From the NCBI GenBank assembly GCA_010015585.1, contig ML975163.1: a stretch of DNA of 64,000 nucleotides; one strand, given 5' to 3'. This stretch comes from Eremomyces bilateralis CBS 781.70 (lineage: Eukaryota). Below are positions 25,296 to 38,029 of the stretch, in pieces. Every line of letters begins with the position of its first letter. The first letter of the stretch is position 1. A model generated the notes under the pieces. That model was not told where the DNA came from, searched no databases, and saw only the letters and a list, made by a program, of their open reading frames with translations. A program made the translations under genes and the position numbers.

Positions 25296-27864
25296 TGAGC
25301 CAGGAGGATTGTCATGCTTGGAAGCGCAATATCAAGACCCGGATGTGCACAAGACCCCTCGTGTTCAGACAAGGATTCATCGTGAACATCTTAAATTACA
25401 CCGCCAACTTGGAACCCAACTCTTGACCCCACAACCGTGGGTGTGTGCACTTGGCTGGTGCGAAGATTGATTCGATGCCAAATGTAGGAAGTGGAGGAAT
25501 CCCTCCAAAATATTCTGTCGAGGTTAACATCGGAAGAGTCGTATGAAGGACATCGCATGTTGTTAGCGGTATTGGCGTTTCCCATCCTCCCACCCAACCG
25601 CCAGCGGCCCTGCTGATAGAAAATTTATGGATTTGAGCTCAATATCGGTTGAGAATCCTTCGGGAGGATTCAAAGATCTGTCCCTTCCACGGCCTGAACA
25701 TCCTCGAAGCATAGGGTAGGCTCGCCGATGTCCACATCGCGGCGCCAGCCAAGTGTGATAGCTCGAAATGTACGGAAATAGGACGCATTTACCTCCCTGA
25801 TATGTGACTTTGAAGAGAGCTGAAACAGCGACGGAATTTTCAACGCAGTGCTTTGCAGTAAAACGAGAATCGACCCAGGCAATCAGCCTTCAACCAAGTC
25901 CATGTGATAGCGTGGTTAGTCAATACGAACGAGCAGGTTTCCAAAACACAAGCTCGTGCTAAACATTGATCTCCCGAAGTACCATGGGACTGCAAAGAAA
26001 TCGTCGGGTACGGGGCCATCGGAGAGGAACAAGTCGCATACTTAAATTCTTCGATAGGAACAAACATTTGAGAATTAAAAGGGGGTATGTATGGCTGAGC
26101 ATCCCACCCTCCTTCATGATAGCAATTCATCGCCTGCCTAGACCACTAAGGAATTGGATATGATGTCCTAGCGAACCGTTTCTGAGAGGTAGGGACTGTG
26201 TCTAGTTCCAACAGGTTCATTCAGAGAGATCGGTCGACCCCGATGTCCGATAGTATGCAGCTATCCATTACTGAGGTGTCAATAACAACTTCAGTGTTCG
26301 GATAGACGTCGCGGATCCCCCTGGATCATTGAGCGAGGATATGTCGCAAGATGCCCCTGTTAGTTTCTACTGCCACTTAACATTCCTTTCACTGCCCTCT
26401 ACCCCTGGGCTAGGACTAATCAGGACTCTTCAGTCTTCTACTATGTATTTAAGTAATCTTCATCTAGCTTACTAGCTAGATCTCCTTTCCTAGACAATGG
26501 GAATCGTTAATACCAATTTGCATTAAGTTATGGCTCTACAGTAACTGAGCTTAAGCAGCGATCGTGCTTAATCATCCTCCCCGCGAAATGCGACAGGATA
26601 TGGCCCATAGGCAGGGGTTATACGGCGTCTAATACACAGACGATGTGACATGCTCTTCTCTCCAAGTCTTCGTCAGTGAAAGGTGTTGTTGCGAAAGGGA
26701 AGACCTCAGTGCCCTCTCTGAAAATTGCAATGGTTGAGAGAATCACAGGTTTATGCTGTTATGAAGTTCAAGATCGATCTGATCTAGCATGGACGAATGA
26801 AATATTTTCCGCCTGACGTAGTTTGTCTTGTGTTAACGCCTGAGGCAACAGCTTTGGATATCAAGCAGAGTATCCGTAGAGATGATCTTGATTTCCACGT
26901 TGACCTTCATACCCCAATCTACCAGACTTGACTGCCTGTAAATCTGGAAATGTCGAACCAATTCCTTTCCCGGCTCCAATTCCTACATACCAACACCGCT
27001 TTGCATCGAATAGGTTGGCAGCTTGAGTTTCTTGACGTATGGCAGCGGCGTCGCTCTAGGGGGTCGGTTCACAAGACGTGCAGAATGTCCCGATCTCCGT
27101 CTTTCCTCCGATTTCGTTATGAGATTATAGAGTACAGGTGGAGATACCGGTTTGGTATTGCAGGTAGCATACGGGTCACATTAATAGGGGAAGCACAAGC
27201 GCGACATTCTCCCGAGCCCTTTTTCCACCTGGTCCACATCAATCAATCCCACACCCTCAATCGATATGACGTAACTTGGAAATAAGGATCAGTCCAAACA
27301 ACACTGCTCATTCCAACAATGATAAAATAAAACTGTTTCTTGAATGGCCGGGTAAAAGATCAGCCAGTACGGAGACATCTCCTTGAATTCTTGAATTTGT
27401 GTCCTGTTACTGTAGTGAGCATGTTGCGTGGAGACCAGATGGGATGAGATCAGTAAACAATGACATCATCCGATCGTGAGACTCACTAAAATCGCCATGA
27501 TGAGGCCATGTAATCCACCACACAAACCACCGAAACCAAGTCACCAGTTGATTTTCGCTACGTACGATCCTAGCCGTAATGTAATTGCCGATCTCGTCTC
27601 GTCCGGCCCAATGAAGTCCGGGATTTTCTGGTGGAGCGGTGGAGGAAGGTGTCAAACGGAAAGATCACTAGAATTCTTAGCATCTAATACGTCACTGGCG
27701 AGCTTGGCCGGTTTCGTGTGACCGAAATCATTCATAACCGCGACATTCCTCGTCTGCTCCTTCTAATTCTTCACCGCACATCCAAAGGAATTCCATCCAT
27801 CTACTACCGTTTCCATCTCAATCGACCTCTTTACCACATCCCAAACACCATCCAAGCAACCACA

Positions 27865-28437
27865 ATGGCCACTCTTCACTGTACGTCCACCCCTCCCGAT
27901 GAAGTCAACCCCACCCCACACCTCCATCGTATACTAACTCCCCAGACCTCCCCCCCGTCAAGCCCTCCGCCATCGCCATTGGCACCCTCTTCAACCACGC
28001 CACCTCCCTCGCCGTTCTCACCCCCCTCTTCGGCGACACCTACCGCCGCGCCGAGGCCGCCAACTCCAAGGAAGACTTCTTCAAATCAAAGGAGGCCGCG
28101 TCCGCCGCCTCCGCCTGGGGCACCTCGCTTGCCGGCTCCGCCCTCCAGTCGTATGGCGTGGGCGCGCTCATCAACGCGACCGGCACGCTGACGTATAAGG
28201 GCGCGGCGTATCTTGGGGGGTTGATTTTCTGCGCGAGCACGGCGCCGGGAGTAAGTTGTGGAATGTGGAGTTTGTGGAGTGGTGGCTAACTTGTGGATGT
28301 AGCTCATCTCGCAATTCTTCCTGGAGAAGCGCCCCGTCGACACGCTTGCTGTCGGTGCGCTGGCTCGCGTGTTCGAGACCGTCGGACTCAGCTTGGTTAT
28401 GACCTACTGGGGCACCCGGACCAACCCTTTTGACTAA
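27865..28437 (+). CDS. Small membrane protein, DUF1761-like (absent from the ORF track)
   Basis: Exons 27865-27880, 27946-28250 and 28303-28437 with canonical splice sites. Protein MATLHYLPPVKPSAIAIGTLFNH...GSALQSYGVGALINATGTLTYKGAAYLGGLIF...WGTRTNPFD*. Confidence 0.85.
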
Positions 28438-28771
28438 ATGTCTGATCTTGGCTGAGAGTCAGAAGGGCGGGACGGTGTGATGAACGAGACGTGGATTGGC
28501 GACAGGGAAGGCGCTATGTATTATAGTAATCTTCATGGACCCTGAAACAGCGATCAAATTTGACCAATCTATGGTTCATGACAACGTTTAAGCGTGATAT
28601 CGTTGATTATCGAACTTTGGATCATCCGTGCCGATGTATTCATGACTCTAGCTCTCCCCATTTTTAAGCTCTTGCTGTCATACTCTCCTATCAAAGTGTC
28701 CCCACGCAAACCCAAACCGACCCACTCCATCGCAGATGCTCGCAGGAACGACCAGGCCTTCCATCTCGCGG

Positions 28772-29884
28772 CTATCGGACTATCAGCATCGCGCTCGGCA
28801 CAAACCCCGCCTCCTTCACCGTCAACCCAAAATCCACATCCGAAAACACCTTCTTCGGATAATTCTGCACAAACTCGCTCACCTCCCCCATCCCCTCCTC
28901 GGCCACCGCCGCCGCCACCTCCGCCAACGTCGTCTCCGCCGCAAACGTCTTCACCACGCTCCCATTTGTTGTCTGCAGCTTCAGTCGCGCCTCCGTGTAC
29001 ACCCGCTTGACGCCCGGCACCGACGCCGGCGCCGCTTCCGGTTGCGAGGCGGACGCGGCCTCGGTGCCGCCGCCGGGCAGCCGGGCGATGCGTTCCTGCT
29101 CGGCCTTTCGCTTCCGCGCCTCCTTGTCCGCTTCGATCATCGCCAGGGCGCGTTTCTTGGCTTCGACGTCCTCGAGCTTCTCGCGGCGGCGAGCGGCGGC
29201 TTGCTTGAGTTGTTCTTTGCGTTGGAGGTCTTCTTTAATGTCGTGGGATTCTTTGGTGGCTTTGCGGCGGATTTCCTGGGGATGGGGTTAGAGGGGGGTT
29301 GGGAGGGTGGGGGGAGAAGGTACCTCGTTCTTCTTCCGCGCGAGCTTGTCTTCGTCTACTTGGATGGCGCGTTTGGCGGCGAGCTTTTGGCGGAGGGCTT
29401 CGAGTTTGGCGGCTTTCTCTTCTGCGGTCAAGGGGGCGATTTCGTCCACGGATTCGGAGAAGTTGGTGTGTTCGCTGCGGGAGATCCAAGGTTAGCATCA
29501 CCATTTAAGGATAGAGCATTTTCAAAAGGCACAGTACCTCTTCTGTGCGTGGAACTCCGCCTCCCCCGCATTCCGGAACTTCTTCCCACAGTCGTTGCAC
29601 ACGAGGCTCTTTGCTTGTGCCTCACCAGCCTTCACTTCGATTGATGGCCCCGCTTCTTCCTCGTCTCTCCCTGTGTCGACTTTGATTTCGTCGAGGGACT
29701 TCTCCTGGTTCTTCTCCAGCCAATCGATCGCATCCTGCACTGTAACATCACTAGTCAGCGCTGACCTCACTCAGTAAAGCGAGGCTCGGTTGGACTCACA
29801 GCTTCTGGTTTCCTTGACTGCGATCTCGACTCGGTCCTTGTCGAAGCCCATCTCGAGCAGCATATTTAAATCGGAGGGAGCCAT
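28772..29884 (-). CDS. UBA-C2H2-UBX domain protein (UBXN1-like Cdc48 adaptor)
   Basis: MAPSDLNMLLEMGFDKDRVEIAV (UBA), CNDCGKKFRNAGEAEFHA (zinc finger) and FVQNYPKKVF..LTVKEAGFVPSAMLIV (UBX). Multi-exon. Confidence 0.9.
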
Positions 29885-30515
29885 GATTGCAACGTCTTAT
29901 AATCCTAGGTTTCTGTAGAAGGTGTATTCCTCGTTCAAGGGAGTTCGTGGGGTGATGGTTTTGATGTTGAGGGATATCATGCGTCTGTATTGTAGGCGCC
30001 AGGCAGATAATGACCAAGTTTCCCCAGCGATGATAAAAGCCTCTAGCAGCCTAATGGATTATTCGCTGATATTTGCCTTCACATGCAGCTAATAGCTAAT
30101 AATCTCACGTGCGGATAAAGGTATCAAATGGTTCCGGTCGGGGAAAGGGAAAGACGTCAGAAGCGGCGGGCGGCGAATGATCCCACAAATCCCTGTTCGC
30201 TCTCCGTGTGCCGTTCCAGACATCCAACACCTAAGAGTCTAAGACAACCGTCACTCTCTCCGAGCCTGCTGCTTTGGATTCCTAAGCACAATCACCATCA
30301 CGTCTGTCACTCCTTCCTGCTGCGCCCTTGATCTGACTGTTCGATTCCTTGATCGTTCGCACCTTGTCGATATCTGTACTGCTCAAGTCGTTCCGTCGCC
30401 TGCATTGATCCCTTCTCCTGCGCAACCGGAATACCTCTTTGCGGTCCATTATCTCCCGTGAACGGCCATCGTCCCCCAATACAAACATTCACAGCGTTTC
30501 GGACTTTCGGTTATC

Positions 30516-31663
30516 ATGTCTGTTGAGCTGGATCCAAGCGAGTTGAGCTTCAAGAGTATGTAATCGATCTCGGCGCGGTAGTGGCGCGAACCCGGCGCAC
30601 CGATGAGATGAGATCGCTATGCAACCTGCTTGAGAACACGCCTATTGACTATCATGTAGGGCCCTTCGACCATGAAGTCTCACAAATCCTCAGCTTGCGG
30701 AATCCGCATGATGATCCCGTTGCCTTCAAGGTTCGTTGTCGATATCACCTTTGGTGTCTAACCCCTTGCTTATGCAATCCATCATCTAGGTGAAAACAAC
30801 CGCGCCCAAGCAGTATGACGACTTCCTTTGGCCAGTATATTTTGTCCATCAACCCTGACCGTATCCCAGATACTGCGTTCGACCAAATTCTGGACGCATC
30901 GATCCCGGCGGCACCGTTGAAGTGCAAGGTTCGTTTTCTGCCTGCGTCTCCAGAAGTGCTCCTAACGTCATCATCAGTTCTCCTTCAATCGATGCAGAAA
31001 GACCCGCCTGCAGACTTCAAGTGTCGCGACAAGTTCCTTGTCCAATCCGTCGGCATCGCCAAGGATACCGATGTGTCCAACGTCGCATCGATCGCAAGTA
31101 CTTCCACCGTTTCTGTCTGACAACGCTGACTCTTCCAGTGGTCTCAAATCGAACAAACCGCCAAAAGCACCATCCAAGAACGCAAGATCCGCGTCGTCTT
31201 CCTTCCCGCCGATGGCGACGCTCCCACCTCGACCCCCGCCAAAGCCCCCAACGGTATCAAAGATGAACTCTCCTCCTCCCAATCCATCCTCCCCATCACT
31301 CCAGGCACCTCCCGCGCGAACTCCACCGCCCGCTCCGAACCCTTGAGCACCCCGACCACCTCCGACAAATCCAAGGAATCCAAGCCCATCCCGACCGCCA
31401 TCTCCGAGAAAGCCAACGCCACATACGCCGAGCTGAAGCAGCAGCTCGCGGCCGCGAACGAGCAGATCCTCAAGTTGAAAGAACAGGCGCAGGAAGGGTT
31501 GCGCCAGCGGAAGCCGACCAGCCAGGAGACGAAGTCGACCGGCGCGGGCGGCGCGGGGAACTTGGCGACGGCGAACCGCAATCCCCCGCAGAACGGCGTG
31601 CCGCTGCAGATCACGGCGCTGCTGTGCTTGTTGAGCTTCTTGCTCGGGTGGTGGTTGTTTTGA
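30516..31663 (+). CDS. SCS2: VAP/Scs2 ER membrane protein (MSP domain)
   Basis: Spliced MSVELDPSELSFKRPF...VAFKVKTTAPKQYCVRPNSG...CRDKFLVQSV and C-terminal TM helix GVPLQITALLCLLSFLLGWWLF. Five introns, one GC-AG. Confidence 0.93.
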
Positions 31664-32848
31664 GCGGTCGAGTCACGGCCTCCGCGTGGGGGTTGGGATG
31701 TGGGGAGATTCCAGATATATGGTAACTCGGTTGGCATCCCCATCGTTGCAACCTGAGGCGAAATCAAGAGGATGGATAACGGAATGGTCTACGGTGTTGA
31801 GCTTCTGTGAGGTAGAGACGGAGCTCTAGAAGGCATTGCTTTTCACACGACCCATGGCGATGCTAGGATGGTTGGCTTGCTGCACTGGTTTCGTGCATCA
31901 CAGAGGACAAGGGTCTTTTCTTTCCGTGTGGGGTTGGGTTCCTCGGGGGATCTTCAAAACGTATCCGATGAGTTTGCCTCCGATTCGAAATGTGGCCTCG
32001 GAAACCGACTGCGTGGGACGGGATATTGGCAACGACCTTGACCGATGTACGTCAATCGAGGATGGTCACCCGTGGCCGCGCAACTGATAACGGATCGTGG
32101 ATTTACGGAACGGAGCGTCGGACTGGGTACATTGTGTGTGCGCGTGTTTGGGCGAATGTCTCGTGCAGTAACGGTGGATATTCTGTTTGATGCACCGTCT
32201 TGCCTTTTATGAGTTTTACCTGTGTCTTTTGTAGCCTTTGAGATAGCGTGGATATGCGCAAAGTACACTTTAGTTCTACATGCAGCCCCGAAGTCCTATG
32301 GGGGACTTCGTAATCTGTTGAACGGATGACTATAGGACTATACCTTATATCCCTCGGGGTTGCCCATCTTGGCCACCAATGTGGTCCATCAGGACATTTG
32401 GGGCCGCGGATAGAAACTACTCCGATCTGGATCCGATCTCCAAACATCCAATCGATCTCGTTCACCTATATTCGTTTATCGATGATATGACAACGCTTTT
32501 CATCCCTCCACCCCGCGTGCACCAAAATACGAAAACGCTCGCGTGAGCCCTCAGTCCTGGCACCGGCATCCCCCACTTCCGCTTTCGTCCAGGGTATGTG
32601 CGCGTTGCAATATGCGGCACCGTATTGGTTGGCTCGTTTGCATGCCCCATTGTCGCGGTGCAGGACGGCGGCGTGCACCACGGGGGAATCTGACTATATT
32701 TCCTCCACATACTCTCAACTCGGATGGGGCAATCGTATACGGTCATTTAAAAAGCAACGGAGCCGAGATAATAAACATGTACTGTGGAGTGCGACGGGGG
32801 GACGGGGGGCGGGTTTATTATGGAGGGGCATTGGAACCGATAGCGGGT

Positions 32849-32855
32849 TGACTCA
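32849..32855 (+). promoter_or_regulatory. Gcn4/CpcA-type element TGACTCA upstream of asparagine synthetase
   Basis: Perfect consensus about 150 nt before the ATG at 33005. ASN genes are classical general amino acid control targets. Confidence 0.65.
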
Positions 32856-33004
32856 TGAGTGGATGAGTGGATGTGTGGTTCGCCGCAGTCACATAAAATC
32901 TTCAGCCGTTCCCCTCCAGTGATTCAACACTTCAATTCCACTCCATCCGTCTCGATCGTTGGACAATTTTTCGACAGGACGGTTCATAGACCACATAGAT
33001 CATC

Positions 33005-35216
33005 ATGTGTGGCATTTTTGCGTGCTATCGGTATGTCGTCTGGTCCCGCTGCCCGGCCGCAATGGTCGCTGCGATCGCGGTGGAAATTGTTCGAGGATAT
33101 GGAGACTGATTCGTGTGGCCAGGCATCCCGATGTCCAGAAGTTCAAGCCCACGGCGCTGAAGATGGGGAAGGCGTAAGAATAACCGGCGGTTCGATGCTG
33201 TAGGGGCCATCTGCTAATGTGTTCCACATAGTGTGCGGCACCGTGGACCGGATTGGAGTAAGCGATCTCGGCGGACGATTTGATGGGCGAAAGCTGAACA
33301 GTGAATAGGCGGAAACTGGATTGCCAACGATACGAGTGAGCATCTCGGTGTTTCTAGAAATGATCCGGGCTAATTGAGGTGTCTAGTTCTTGTTCACGAG
33401 CGACTGAGCATCGTCGGTGTTGGTATGACTCAACAACCATATCGCATCCCGAGTCACCGGCTAACACACCTCCTCCCCTTCAGACAGCGGCGCACAACCT
33501 CTCGTTAGCAAAGATGAGACCATCTCGCTCGCGGTCAATGGCGAGATCTACAACCACCGAGTCCTCCGGAAACAACTGGCCAAGCCATACGAATTCAAGA
33601 CCCACTCGGATTGCGAGGTCATAATCCCACTGGTGGGTATACTGAATCCCGAGGACTAAGCGGGCATGGTTGACACGACATAGTACCTCGAGCACGGCAT
33701 CGACGCCCCCAAGTTCCTCGACGGCATGTTCTCCTGGGTCCTCCACGACAAGACCGCCAACCGCGTCATCGCCGCCCGCGACCCCATCGGCATCACCACA
33801 TTCTACATGGGCCGCTCAAGTACGACCCCGGGCGCCGTCTACTTCGCCTCGGAGCTGAAATGCCTGCACCCCGTCTGCGACCACATCGTCGCCTTCCCGC
33901 CGGGCCATGTCTATGACTCCAACACCGACGAGCTGACGCGCTACTTCACGCCCAAGTGGCTGATGGAGCCGACGAGCACGCCTACGACGCCGCTGGACTA
34001 CGATCTGCTGCGGACGACGTTTGAGAGGTCTGTGCGAAAGCGGTTGATGGCGGAGGTGCCGTTTGGCGTGCTCTTGTCCGGTGGGCTGGACTCGAGCCTG
34101 GTGGCGTCGATTGCGCAGCGCGAGGTGAAGCGACTCAACGCGGAGGCGAAGTCACGGACCAACGGCGCCGCCAACGGCGTGGGCGGCGACCATCTAGTCG
34201 GGATCGACGACGGCGACCACCTGTCCACCGTCCAAGTGCTCCCGGAGCTGAACTCCTTCTCCATCGGGCTGCCGGACGCGCCCGACAGCAAGGCCGCGCA
34301 GGAAGTGGCGGATTTCCTCGGCACGAAACACCATAACCTCACCTTCACGATCGAGGATGGGCTCAACGCGCTGTCTGACGTGATCTACCATCTGGAGACG
34401 TACGACGTGACGACCATCCGCGCGTCGACGCCGATGTTCTTGCTCAGCCGCAAGATCAAGGCGCTGGGGGTCAAGATGGTGTTGTCTGGAGAGGGCTCGG
34501 ATGAGATTTTTGGGGGGTACCTTTATTTCCATGCCGCGCCGGACAAGAAGGCATTCCATGAGGAGTGTGTTCGACGGGTCAAGAACCTACATCTTGCCGA
34601 TTGCTTAAGAGCGAACAAGAGCACGAGCGCATGGGGAGTCGAAGCGCGCGTTCCCTTCTTAGACAAGCAGGTACGCATTACATTTCTCGCCGCGATCATC
34701 TAACAATGAGAACCATGACTAACCCCTCCGCAGTTCCTCGAAGTCGCCATGAACGTCGACCCCGCCGAAAAGATGATCACCAAAGACCGCATCGAGAAAT
34801 ACATCATCCGCAAAGCCTTCGACACGTCCGACAAGCCCGACGCCGAGCCCTACCTCCCAGACAAGATCCTCTGGCGGCAGAAGGAGCAGTTCAGCGACGG
34901 GGTCGGATACGGATGGATCGATGCACTCAAAGACACGGCGGAGAAGATGGTGAGCGACGAGGAGCTGGCGAACCCGAAGAAGGAGTGGGGCGACGACGTG
35001 CCAGATACGAAGGAGGCGTATTGGTATCGGTGTATGTTCGATGAGCATTTCCCGCCGTATTGCGCGGAGACGGTGATGCGGTGGACGCCGACGTGGAGTA
35101 AGCAGTCAGATCCGAGTGGACGGTGAGTGAATATCAAGCGATTAGATGTTTCGGAGGGGTTGCTAACGTGTTCCAGGGCGATTGAAATCCATCAAGACAA
35201 GTACGAGGATGCATAA
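33005..35216 (+). CDS. ASN1: Glutamine-hydrolysing asparagine synthetase
   Basis: [43 protein letters not shown] and [12 protein letters not shown]. Many introns and 5' micro-exons. Confidence 0.96.
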
Positions 35217-35993
35217 GGAGGGGAGATAAATGGTTGTCGACATCTGGTCTCGATCAATCTCAAGCTGGATCTTGTATTTTCAGTATCTTTTGCGCTCTGG
35301 CTTCAATGACGGATTTGAGGCTTTTGGGTTCAGTTGTTTGCGCGGTTGGGTATCGGCATCGTTTTAGGGTTGTCTTCCCATGGATGCCTTCAATGGTATA
35401 TTTACATGTAGGGGGAACCAGCATCTATCATGTACGAGGAACTGCGGCAGAGTGCAATGCTACTATGAATCTGAAGGGTCTCGCTTTTGTGAATGAATGC
35501 CAATGGTACCTAGAGCTCCGTGGAAGTATATGGAATACAACGTATGTGGTCAATGTGATGGATGACAATAGTACTGAGTACATTAAGAGGATGCCAAACC
35601 AGCATCGTTGTGGTTCTCTACCCTACTCAATGCGTTGAATCGTAGTACTCCTGACTCGACCATTAGCATACATGGCTGAATGACCTCCTATAATTGATGA
35701 TGATCTTCAAGCGCATAAGGAGGGTAAATTGGATGCATTGGCGCAGCAAATCAGCAGGCCAAGTGACGCCATGGGGACGAAGTCACTACGAAGCATCGGA
35801 GGTTTCCGGCCGACGCATCACACACAAAACGTCAGATGCTTCTCTCTACCAATAAACTCTACCAATAACACCACTCCTCATTTGTTTTCTCTCCTATCAT
35901 TCCTAAAGTCTCTTCCACCACTATCCAAGTCGCCAGATCATTCCATCACCGTCCAAATTCTTTCTCCCATATTTCTCCCTCTAACCTTCCAAC

Positions 35994-37432
35994 ATGTCTC
36001 TCCAATCCCACTTCCCTGGCGTCAAGGCCGAGGTCACTGAAGCTGGCAGCACCCGTCGGACCAACGCCTCAGCCAACGGCTTCAAGGCTGCCTCCGCGCA
36101 GGCTCCTCCGCCAGCATTCGCCGATATTGCGAAGCCTGCCAATGATGTGAGATCCAGGATCGAGGGGAATCGTCGAGTTTGAGAGCTAATTGATGGCGTG
36201 CAGTTGATCAACAAGGACTTCTACCATGCCGTTGCCGGTGAGCTCGTCATCATGCCATAGCTCGGGGAGCTTCGATCGCTAACCAGTTGTTTCGCAGCGC
36301 TCTTCGAGGTCAAGCTGAAGACTCCGAGCGGTGTCGCGGTCACGACGAAGGGAACTTCGCCTCACGATGGAACTACCAGCGGTTCCGTAAGTGGTCGCTC
36401 CCTGCCAGCATGGCGGCTTTGGAGGGCGTCGAGTACTGACGAGAGATGTTGCGCGAATACAGGTCGAGGCCAAGCAAACTGTCACAAAAGGTTCGATTTG
36501 CCTTCACTCTTTTTATTGCGAATCACATCTCCGCTACCCTAGTCAACGACGTTCTAGGGATCGACCAACAGGTCCATCCCAATCAGGAGTGCTCCTTGAA
36601 CAACAACCACAACAGCAACCACAACAACAACAACCCTCTCCTTCTCACGCTCCTTATCGTTCCATTCACACCTTCACGGACGTCGCACTAACTCGAACTT
36701 TCTCCCTCCTAGGCGTCACGACCACCATCACGTCCAACACCGCCAAGCTCCTCTCCGCTAAGGCCGAACTGGACAACCAGCTCGCCCAGGGCCTCAAGGC
36801 CGAGCTGGTCGCCAACTACAAGCTCGACAAGGGCCCCACCGGCGGCAAGCTCTCCCTGTACTTCAAGCAGCCCATGTTCCACACCCGCGCATTCGTCGAC
36901 TACTCGCACAACAGCGGCGCGGTCCAGGCCGTCGTCGACGGGGTCGTCGGCCACGAGGGCTTCCTCGTCGGTGGTGAGGCCGGGTACGATGTGCAGAAGG
37001 CCACCATCACGCGCTACTCGGCCGCGTTGGGCTACCAGGCGCCGCTGTTCAGCGCCGCGTTGACCGCCCTGAACAACATGAGCGTCGTGCAGGCGTCGTA
37101 CTACCAGAAGGTCAACTCGGCCGTCGAGGTCGGTATCAAGGCTTCGTACGACCTCAAGACTGCCGGCAACGTGGGTCTGGAGATTGCTAGCAAGTACAAG
37201 ATCGACCCGCTGAGCTTCGCCAAGGTGCGTATTCCACTATGATTGTAACCGTGAAGCATATCTAATCCATATTTCTCAACAGGCCAAGATCAACGACCGC
37301 GGCATCGCCTCCATCGCCTACAACACCAAGGTCCACCAAGGCTTCACGTTCGGCATCGGTGCCTCGCTCGATACCCAGAAGCTCAACGAGGCGGGCCACA
37401 AGATCGGCACTAGCTTCACCTTCGAGGGCTAA
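35994..37432 (+). CDS. POR1: Mitochondrial outer membrane porin (VDAC)
   Basis: PPAFADIAKPAND|LINKDFYH, GFLVGGEAGYDVQKA, ASYYQKVNS, AKINDRG and HKIGTSFTFEG*. Multi-exon. Confidence 0.93.
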
Positions 37433-38029
37433 GTGCGGACCTCGTCAGAGATTCGAGGACCTGCTATCAACATGTATCATACTTGCAGCTAGAGAGTCGG
37501 CAGAGGATATCGGGATGCGTTGATTGAATAGAGCTACCTTTTAGCGGGCGACATTCACAATATCAAAAGGTCAATCGGGCGTGGTAGCGTGGGTGGAGCA
37601 AGTGAACGACAAGTTTCCTTTGGCATTACCCTTCAATTCGGAATTCTTGACCGCGTATGGTTGTCTTTATCGATTTCCAACCAATCCATTGTAATCCCAT
37701 TCATGATATCTCAATGCGCAGTAGGGGGAGGGGGGTCGAACTCAATTCGCTGCAGCCGTCTACAACATCCTAACTGCCAAGACCCACCCCGGATCGGGAC
37801 TCCAATAAAGTGCTGAACAAGCCACATTTCGATGCTTCAACTATCCAGCGCCGATACATGAGACCCAACCTCCAGGCACATCAAATCCCACCATCCACCA
37901 CCGTGTACCTAAATACCGGTGATTCTACCATGATCTACCCATCTTAATCATTCTAAACGTTCAACCTCAAAGGGTTGGAGGAACCTTATTCACCGATCCC
38001 TTGTCCGCGTCATCATATCCTCCGACACC

